DNA of 64,000 bases from positions 16,554-80,553 of the forward strand of contig WRKU01000003.1 of the NCBI GenBank assembly GCA_009777935.1, written 5' to 3'. This DNA is from Coriobacteriia bacterium. GTDB taxonomy: Bacteria; Actinomycetota; Coriobacteriia; WRKU01. Below the pieces are notes generated by a model that was given only the letters and a program-made list of their open reading frames with translations, ran no database searches and was not told the origin of the DNA. Of the stretch, positions 1-10,200 are shown one piece after another. Numbering within the stretch: position 1 is the stretch's first letter; each line of letters starts with the position of its first letter. The translations under genes and the position numbers were made by a program.

Positions 1-1
1 G

Positions 2-292
2 TGCGTCGAGGCTGGCGGACCGTGCATCGGTTGTGCAAACTGGAACTGGGTCGATCAAAGCGCCCCGTTCGCAGGTCGTTTCCGCCGCGTTGGCCAGGGT
101 GTCCTGGGCGCTGGTGGAATAGATCCGGCGGTCGGTGCTGCAGCGGTCGGCGGTGTTGTGGCAGGTGTACTCGTCGCTCACGGCTTCGGTATGAAGGCGG
201 CCAAGCGTATCGGTAAGAACGCAACGCTGCAAAACGAGCCGATGAAAGAGTACGATGCCAAGCGCCTTAAGAAGAGTGGGGGTGCTGCATAA
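2..292 (+). CDS. [NiFe]/[NiFeSe] hydrogenase small subunit, C-terminal fragment (gene starts upstream of window)
   Basis: Frame 2 is open from the window edge to TAA 290-292. It reads CVEAGGPCIGCANWNWVDQSAPF..., the distal Fe-S cluster PCxGC region of uptake-hydrogenase small subunits, then a hydrophobic C-terminal anchor (PAVGAAAVGGVVAGVLVAHGF). The stop overlaps the large-subunit start (TAATG). It is absent from the ORF track because it has no start codon in the window. Confidence 0.75.
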   Translation, partial: CVEAGGPCIGCANWNWVDQSAPFAGRFRRVGQGVLGAGGIDPAVGAAAVGGVVAGVLVAHGFGMKAAKRIGKNATLQNEPMKEYDAKRLKKSGGAA

Positions 293-1986
293 TGGCTAAC
301 AGATTCATTATCGATCCTGTTACCCGTATCGAGGGTCACCTCCGCGTTGAGTGTACCGTCGAAAATGGCAAAGTTGCCGACGCATGGGTCACCGGTACGT
401 TGTACCGTGGCGTGGAGGAAGTGCTTCGTGGGCGCAGGCCTACCGATGCCTTCTACCTGTCTCAGCGCGTTTGCGGTCTTTGCCCGACTTCGCACGGACA
501 CGCTTCGTCGATGGCGGTCGAGGATGCCTATGGCGTCAAGATCCCCAATGGGGCTCGTCTCGTCCGTAACATTCTTGAGTGTGCTGAGTTCATGCACAGT
601 CACATTCTCTGGTTCTACACACTGGCAGGGCTTGACTACGTCAACCCGGCGAAGGCTCTTGAGGCCGACGTGGCAGATACCATTGCGTTGGCTCAGACGG
701 CCGGTACGGGGCTCTCTAACTTTGGTGAGGTCAAGGATCGTCTCGCAACGCTCGTTGCCGGTGGCGACCTTTCGATCTTTACCAACGGTTGGTGGGGCAT
801 CGATCCTCTGGCCGATCCTAAGGCAGCCGACGCGCTCTATGCGCCGGATATGCCGGCCGAGCTACACCTTATCGGTGTTGCACACTACCTTGAGGCTCTG
901 GAGATGCAGGCCGAGGCCGCGCGCGTTATGGCGCTTATCGGCGGTAAGTTCCCGCACGTGATGACGTCGCTTGCCGGCGGTACGGCGTGGGCTCCGGTTC
1001 CCGAGAAGCTCGACGATGTCATGTTCCGTCTCAAACGTGTACGTGACTGGATCGTCGGAACGATGATTCCCGACACGCTTGCGATTGCGCCGTTTTACGC
1101 GGATGCACTCGAGTTTGGTGGCGGTCCTGGCAACTTCCTGAGTTTTGGCGTCTTCGAAGATGCTTCGTTCGACATTAAGGATCGCTATATGCCGGCTGGT
1201 TACATCCAGACGAGCCGCGGTCTGACGGTCGAGGACGTCGACATCGACAAGATTCGTGAGTATGTTCACCGCTGTTGGTACACCAGCCCATCAGGCCTCA
1301 AGCCGCAAGATGGTCAGGTAGAGATTATCAAGAAGTGGGATGACTCGACGTTTGATCTTGATGGCCAGTACTCTTGGAACAAGGCTCCGCGCTACGATGA
1401 GCAGCCCGCTGAGGCAGGCCCGCTCGCACGTATGCTCGTTGCATACCTGACGCCGACGGCCGATCCGGCTATCAAAGAGCTCATCGATGGTGCGCTCAAG
1501 GCACTCGGTATCGACGATCCCACGAAGCTTGTTTCGTTGCTCGGTCGTGTTGCGGCGCGTAATCTTGAGGCTGCAATCATCGCTGATCAGTCTCTCGTAT
1601 TTTGCGCAGAGCTTATCGAAGCAATCCGCACCGGCGATGCTCAGACGTTCGTCGAGCACAAAGAGAAGGACGGTAAGGGCGCCGGTATCTGGGAAGCACC
1701 GCGTGGTGCGCTCGGTCACTTCATTAACATCAAAGGTGGCCGTATTGAGAACTTTAATATGGTTACGCCTTCGACCTGGGATCTTTCGCCGCGCGATGAT
1801 AACGGCGTTCCCGGTCCTATGGAAGAGGCACTTATCGGTACTCCCATCGACGACGTAGAGCGTCCGATTATGGCTGCACGTATTGCGCGCAGCTTCGATC
1901 CTTGAGTGGGTTGCGGCGTTCACGTGATTGAACGCGAAACCGGTAAGACAGGCACCGTCTTTGCACGGAAGTGGGGGGTGAAGTAA
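292..1986 (+). CDS. [NiFeSe] hydrogenase large subunit with selenocysteine encoded by in-frame TGA 1903-1905
   Basis: N-terminal RIEGH and RVCGLCPTSH (RxCGxCxxxH) nickel-site motifs are present. The ORF-track product stops at TGA 1903-1905 right after ...ARSFDP. Read-through gives U-VG-C-GV-H plus a 20-aa tail to TAA 1984-1986, which is the universal C-terminal DP[C/U]xxCxxH motif followed by a protease-removable extension. The next gene's ATG (1987) abuts that TAA. Confidence 0.85.
1909..1941 (+). promoter_or_regulatory. candidate bacterial SECIS hairpin downstream of the UGA
   Basis: Perfect 7-bp stem GCGTTCA (1916-1922) / TGAACGC (1929-1935) with a 6-nt loop CGTGAT. It can be extended with bulges by GGTT (1909-1912) / AACC (1938-1941). 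It starts 4-11 nt 3' of the UGA, as expected for bacterial SECIS elements. Confidence 0.6.
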
Positions 1987-2694
1987 ATGGCTCACAAACC
2001 AGTACGCGAAGGCCATCCTATCGTCTTCGTTCTCACCCACTGGATAAACATGCTCGCCATGTTCTTCCTGACCCTTTCGGGCTTCTACATTCACTTCCCG
2101 TTTGTGAATGGGCCAGGCCTCATGGGCCTTGCTCGTGGTACGCACTTTTTCTGGATGTTCGTTCTCCTCATTAACATTATCTTCCGCATCGTTGCCGCCT
2201 TCTTCGTGAAGACGACGAACATGCCGGGGACTCGTGAGGTCGATACCGACATCAAGAATTGGCTGCCACAGGAGGCCAACAAGCACCAGATGTGGCCAAC
2301 GATTAAGTACTATCTCTTCCTGAAGAAGGACTACCCGATTAGTGCAAAGTATGCATCGCTGCAGAAAATCGCGTATCTTGCGACGCTGCCGATGACCTTT
2401 GCTGCGGCCTACACAGGCTTTGCAATCTGGGGTCCGACGATGGATTGGGCCTTCTTTAAGGCCGGTACGACCGTCGTTGCCAACCTGTTCGCCTTTAACA
2501 ACGGACTTTCGCCCGAGCTGTTCAACGGCGCAGGTGCTGCGTTGATGCCGATGCGCATTGTCCACTACTGGATTATGTGGGTCATCCTCATCTTCACGGC
2601 GATTCACGCCTATCTGTCAAACATCTACAACTTCGCCCCAACAAAGATGATTTGTTGCTGGATCGAAGATCCTGATGCTCTCGAAGGTCACTAG
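1987..2694 (+). CDS. Ni/Fe-hydrogenase b-type cytochrome subunit (membrane anchor)
   Basis: 235-aa ORF directly abutting the large-subunit stop. It has four hydrophobic segments with conserved His residues (HWINMLAMFFL..., FYIHFP, IVHYWIMWVILIFTAIHAY), typical of HyaC/cytochrome b561-like hydrogenase subunits. Operon position supports the call. Confidence 0.75.
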   Translation: MAHKPVREGHPIVFVLTHWINMLAMFFLTLSGFYIHFPFVNGPGLMGLARGTHFFWMFVLLINIIFRIVAAFFVKTTNMPGTREVDTDIKNWLPQEANKHQMWPTIKYYLFLKKDYPISAKYASLQKIAYLATLPMTFAAAYTGFAIWGPTMDWAFFKAGTTVVANLFAFNNGLSPELFNGAGAALMPMRIVHYWIMWVILIFTAIHAYLSNIYNFAPTKMICCWIEDPDALEGH

Positions 2695-2715
2695 GCCGGC
2701 GAGCGATAGGTAACG

Positions 2716-2746
2716 AGAGGGGCTCCGAAAGGGGCCCCTCTTTTTT
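2716..2746 (+). terminator. rho-independent terminator of the hydrogenase operon
   Basis: AGAGGGGC (2716-2723) pairs with GCCCCTCT (2734-2741) across a 10-nt loop and is followed by a T-run (to 2746). Confidence 0.85.
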
Positions 2747-2783
2747 GAGCATTCACGTTTTTTGTGGTATATTACCTATTATA

Positions 2784-2812
2784 TTAATATGTATTATATA
2801 TATAGGTATAAT
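2784..2812 (+). promoter_or_regulatory. putative metY promoter in a very AT-rich patch
   Basis: TATAAT at 2807-2812 with TTAATA 17 nt upstream (2784-2789), inside a 60-nt AT-rich block that stands out from GC-rich flanks. About 50 nt upstream of the metY ATG. Confidence 0.35.
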
Positions 2813-2850
2813 GCTATGTGCATGGTACTATAGGAACGGCCTACCAGTGA

Positions 2851-4149
<1,299 letters not shown>

Positions 4150-4179
4150 CTTGTTTTACCTGGCACGACGCTAACATGA

Positions 4180-4185
4180 TATAAT
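4180..4185 (+). promoter_or_regulatory. possible -10 box for the rhs gene
   Basis: TATAAT at 4180-4185, about 43 nt upstream of ATG 4229. No convincing -35 at 17 +/- 1 nt. Confidence 0.3.
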
Positions 4186-4228
4186 CACTGCGTTGTGTGA
4201 TTTTTGGCGGAGACATGAGGAGGGTTAC

Positions 4229-7200
4229 ATGCACAAGTATCAGCGCAAAGTGGCGCTGTTCCTTGTTGCTGTGTTTGTATGGTCGCTCATCCCTGCCCCT
4301 GCCATCGCTGCTGCGCGTGACACCGTCGTCAATGCACAAAAGGCCCGCTTTAACTATCCTGAAATAGTTACCATTGACACCGGTGAGCGCACACCGCGTG
4401 ACCCTCAGCTTCGCGCACCGAAACCTGACGTTGACAACGAAGAGTCTGAGCGCGAGTTCGGACCTCCCGTTGAAGTTCATGAATTTGAGAAGGTGTATCA
4501 GACCGGGCCTCGCAGTTACCGGTCTGTTTTTTCGCAAACGCCTAATACCTACAAAGACAGAAATGGCAGCGAACACGAAATAGACAACACCTTAATCGAG
4601 AAAGATCCTTTTCTCGCGTCCCCCTATCTGACCAATGCCGCCAACAGCTATGACGTTAGAATCCCTCTCGAAATTACTGAGCGCCGCCCCATTACGTACA
4701 CCAAAGATGGCTTTACCATTGAGCTTGCTCCTCTGAGCGGGGATTATTCGACTCCCGTAGCGCTTGATAACGCCGTGCTCTACAACAACGTCTATGAGCA
4801 CATGGATGTGGAGTACTTGGTGCGAGAGACCGGTGTCAAAGAGAGCATCATATATAATGCGCATACTGACATCACGTCGTTTTCCTATGCACTCAAAGCC
4901 CCGTCAAACCTCTCTGTGATGCAGGCCGGCAACACTATCGAGATGTTTGTGCCCGGTGATGTTTCTGGCGAAGACGAGCCGCTCTTTGTGATAACGGCGC
5001 CGTATCTGTTTGACGCTAACGGTGCGGTGAGCACCGATGCTACGATGACACTGAGCGGCGAGGGCATCAGCTACCGCGTTGACGTTGAGATCGATGAGCA
5101 GTGGCTCTCTGATCCGGTCCGCGTCTTTCCGGTCGTGCTTGACCCAACGGTGCAGACGTATGTTCCTACCTATGTTTCGCTTAATGAGATGGCGGGACGC
5201 GCGTGGCTCCAAGAACACGGATACGTGGGTTACGTTACCGAAGGGGTGTCAGGTGTCGTGGGTGGATATCTTGGCCGCTCTCGACTTATCTTGGGTCCGA
5301 CCGATGCACACAGCTCAATCCCTTCGGTGGCGCGCATCGATAAAGCAACGTTGCGCATGTATCAGTACAAGAGCATGTTTAACGGCGCACAGTTCGGTGC
5401 CTACCGTATCAGAGACCCTTATGACATAGATAGTATTACATGGGCGCAAGCCACCGGTCTTAACCGCGAGATTGCTGGTTCTGATGCTATTAGAACCTCT
5501 ATGATTGGTTGGCAAAACTTCGATATCACTGAAGCAGTCAAATACTGGAATGAAGGCCTTGCGCCAAATTACGGCATCATGATTACCCCTCTTGACGAAT
5601 GGCAAGAGGGAGGCGTGTTCATAACACCAGGTTCGTGGCCCGGTGTGGCAGGTCAAGGCAATATGACTACCGATATGCTCCCCTGCATACTCGTTGACTG
5701 GATAGTGCCCGATCCGGTGTCTCTCGAATATCCACTTAACAACACGACCATCCACCTCTATCCTCACATCGAAAGCCATATTAGCGGACGCCTTCGTTTT
5801 CACGGGGTATTGCCTGCAGGCGTGGCCAGACCAGAATCAATCGTTAGATTTGCTTTAAGTGACACGAGCAAAGGATATACCGGAAATGTGCAAACGAGCT
5901 ATTCACTGAAATTTCCCGACAGCCAAGGCTATGAAGGCAATTTTCCGGTTCAAACGACAAAATACCGTGACAAGCTCGGCAACTGGCAAGCGCCTGTTCC
6001 TTTTACTAACTTTACCTTTAATGATCGCTATCGCATCAGTGCTCGCGCGACAATCGATGGCGTCAACTTTGGCACGACAAGACAAAGCGAGGAGTTTGTT
6101 GTCTACCGGGTGCAGCAATACGATACCTTACAAAAGATTGCGAACTGGTACGGCATCCCGATTAACCAGATTGCCTTTGATAATCGCGTGCAAGATATGC
6201 TACTTGTCGAAAACAATACGCTCTTTATCCGCAATCCTCAGAGAAATGCTAATAACCCGTATAACCCTCCACCCTTAGATGATGAAGCAAAGCGCAGAAT
6301 TGACTCGATGCTTATGGGGCGCGGTCTTCACTGCGAATTCGGTTTTGAGCCCATTAACCTTAATACCGGCAACTTCTTTATGGAAGCATCTGACATTGTT
6401 CTTGATACCGGTGATGACTTTTTTGCACTTAACCGTACCTATAACTCGAAGAGGAGCAGGTATAACTCGGTCTTTGGGCGTGGCTGGGAGTTTGAATATA
6501 GCCAATCGCTTAGCAGGCGCGAAAACGGCAATATTACGTATGTACGCGGGGACGGCTCCGTTGTCGAGTTTGAGCGGACGAGTGATTTGAGCTACCGAGC
6601 CCCCGAAGGCTATCACTTGACGCTCACACCTATCGAGGTCGGCACCAAAAACTATACCAACGTCACCAGATATACGGTAGTAGGAGATCCGTGGTATAAC
6701 AACTACGCGCCCACCATCCAGACCATCCCTTACCCCGTCTATGAATACGAGATTGTCGACGGGGCAGATACGGCATATCGCTTCAGCAGCGCTGGCATGC
6801 TGAAGTCAGTGACAAACGTGCGCGGTGAGGCCACCACACTAGAGCACGACGCTAACGGCAACATCACGGCGATTATCTCACCGACCGGTCTTGTCTATTC
6901 GGTGCAGACGACCGCTGACGGCAAGATTGAGGTAGTCACGCTTCCTAGCGGCGGCACTTTGCGCTACGTCTATAACACGCTTGGAGACCTTGTTTCTTAC
7001 CTTGATGCGCTCGGTAATACCACGCACTATCGCTACGATACCGATCATCGCATGATCTCGTGGTCTAACGGTAACGGCGAGATGCAGATTGAAAATGTCT
7101 ATGATGATGAAGGTCGCATTATCGAGCAAATTGATGGCAACGGCGGGGTGTCTTACCTCTACTATACGATAGGCTCGACTGTCACTATTGATGCTGAGGG

Positions 7201-10200
7201 TAACAAGGTCACCTATCACTACGACGACCAATATCGCACGCTAAAAGTTGAGTACGAGGACGGCACACAAGAGACTAATACGTATGAGAATAACCTGCGC
7301 GCCTCTTCAACTGACCGTGGTGGTTTTACTACGCACTACGAATACGACAGCAACGGTAACGTCACGCGTGAGGTGCGCTTTGATGGCGCTGCGCGCACCT
7401 ACACCTACAATGAGTTTTCTCAACTCACTCAACTCATCGATTTCGACGGATATACTACCGAATATATCTATGACGGTGCCCAAAATCTCATCGAGCTTAT
7501 CGTTGCCGGCACACGCCAGATGTCTTATACCTATGACGACAAACATCGCGTATTGACACAGACCGACGCTAACGGAAACGTCACTGCTTTTACCTATGAG
7601 GGGCTGGGTAAAAAACCGAAGACGCGCACTGATGCGGCCGGTAACACCACCACATTTTTCTATGACAGTATGCAGCAACTCACCGCAGTTGAAGACCCTC
7701 TTGGTAATGTGAGTCGCATCTTCTATGACCAGATGGGGCTGAAGACTGGCGTGCAAAATGCGACGGGTGCCACTGAGCGCTACGAGTTTGACGCGGGCAG
7801 CAATCTCGTTGGCATAGTGGACGCCAACGATGACGCGAGCACCTACAGTTTTGACGCGCTCGGCAATATGACTCGTGCCGCTGATGCATATGGTGATGCG
7901 AGCACCTACACCTATGATGCCGTGGGCAACAGAATTGCGGCAACTGACGCCGATGCTCACACGACTCACTTTGCCTATGACGCACACGGAAACATCACCG
8001 GCATCACCCTTCCCAACGGTGCTGTTCAAACCTTTAGCTATGACGCACGCGATAAGGTGCTTGAGACGACTGACGCGCTCGGTGCGACCACGCGCTATAT
8101 CTATGATGAGCGCACCGGTCTTACCGAGAGCATAACCAACGAGCTCGGAGCTACCACCACCTTTGAGTACAGCGAAGTCGGACTGCTGCTTGCTGAAATT
8201 GACAGTACCGATGCGCGTACCAGTTATGAATATGATGAGAAACGCCAGCTCATCCGTATGGTAGAGCCAGATGGGCGTGAGACGATCTACCACTACGACG
8301 ACGTCGGTAACCTCACGCTGGAATACGATAATACCGCACGCGTTACCTCATACACCTACAACGAACTCAACCAACTCATCTCGGTAACCGATCCGCTCGG
8401 CAACACCACAACGTATTTCTATGACGTGGCAGGAAACTTAGCCGAGAGCATTGACGCGCTCGGACAGGTCACACGCTTTGCATATGATGGGGCAGCACAG
8501 ATCACTGCACTTATCGATGACCTTGGACATACCGTGCAGCTCGAATACGATGCGCTGGGCAACTTGGCTAAAACGGTAGATCAGCTGGGTCATGAGAGCT
8601 CGTTTACCTATGACGCCAATAATAAAATGGTGACCAGCACTAATGAGTACGGCGTAACAAGCACCTATCGCTACAGCGCAAATGAGCAGCTGGCTGAGTT
8701 TGTTGATCCCTTTGGCAACAGCGCATACTACACCTACAACGAACTTGGTCTTACTGAGCGCATAATTGATGCACATGAAAATGAGTACCACTTCGAATAT
8801 GACGCTGCCGGTAACCCTACGAGGCAGACCTCACCTAATGGCGCGACTGAGACGCGCGAATACGACGTGCTCGGGCGTCTGTTTAAGGGGGTGTCTGCCG
8901 CAGGATTAGTTACTACACACGCCTACGACAGCGAAAATCGCCCCATCCACTCCATCAACAGTCTTGGCGAAGAGATGACTTACGAATACGACGTCATAGG
9001 CAATCTCATAACCATTACCGACAGCTACGGTAGAGTGATGCGCTACACCTACGACCGCGCGCGCAACGTAGTGTCAGTTACTGAATTCGATGGAAATACG
9101 ATCCGTTACGAGTACGACTTAGGCGACAATCTTATCAAGGCGACTGACCCACTAGGGGTCGTGACCACCTACGAATACGATGCCGTCGGCAACCTCACTT
9201 CACAGGTCGATGATGCACGCCGCAGATGGCAATATACGTATGACACGCTCGGACAGTTAAGCGACATCAAAAACCCTGTGGGCGACATCGAGAGCTTTAT
9301 CTATGACGCCGCAGGAAACATCACCGAACACATCGATGGTAAGGGCAATGTGCGCACCATCGAATACGATGTAGCCAGCCAACCTATCGCTGAAGTAGAC
9401 CGGCGCGGCAATGCTGCCACCTACACCTACGATGAAATTGGTCGCTTAATTGGGCAGGTGGCACCAGATGGTGGCGCACAAGAATATCTCTATGACGCAC
9501 TCGATAACCTTGTGCGCGTCAAAGACGAACTCAATAACGTCACGATGTTTGAGTACGACAGTGTGGGCAACGTTACCAAGACTACCCAGCCGACCGGTGC
9601 TGCGACGCTCTTTGACTACGACATGAGCGGAAACGTCGTGAGTAAGACCGATGCGCTCGATAATGTCACCACTTTTTCCTATGACCGCGCAGGACGCCTT
9701 ACTGAACGTATAATGCCTAACGAGGCACGCTACCGCTACACCTACGACCTATTGGGTCGCCTTACCCAAGCAACTTCTCCCGGAGGGCTTTCTAAGGGAT
9801 ATACCTATTCGGCACGCGGCGATGTCATCAAGCAGACCGATCAGGCAGGTCGCTCGGTTACCTATACGTATGACACCATGCACAACGTCACGAGCGTGAC
9901 CGATGCGCTTGGTCACACCAGCACCTACACTTACGATAAGCACAGTAACCTTACCAGCACACTTACCCCGACCGGCTCGCAAACACGCTACTCATACGAT
10001 GCGCTTGACCGTCTCATAGGCGAGGTCAGTCCGAGCGGCCTTTCTACCAGAACGCTCTATGACCGAGCAGGGAACATCGAGCGTGTGACCCAGACCGGTG
10101 GGCGCACCACAAACTTTGCCTATGATGCAGAATCAAACATCACCGGTATTACGAATGCATTGGGGCACAAGCGCAGCTTTGAATACGACGTGGTCGGACG

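Noticed and set aside
1-216. Track ORF 1-216 (+), 71 aa, Arg/Cys/Gly-rich.
   Set aside because: The composition looks like an out-of-frame reading of a GC-rich gene. Frame 2 over the same DNA gives a clear hydrogenase small-subunit C-terminus ending at 292, so frame 1 is spurious.
1291-2607. 438-aa minus-strand ORF antisense to the hydrogenase large subunit and cytochrome b genes.
   Set aside because: It overlaps two well-supported plus-strand genes. The product is Arg-rich low-complexity sequence typical of antisense frames in high-GC DNA, with no motif. The same reasoning applies to other long antisense ORFs: 3127-3861, 7307-8293, 30179-30730, 32997-33761, 38010-38600, 42983-43843, 47531-48298, 49063-50235, 51223-52017, 52354-52998, 54322-54918 and 56547-57290.
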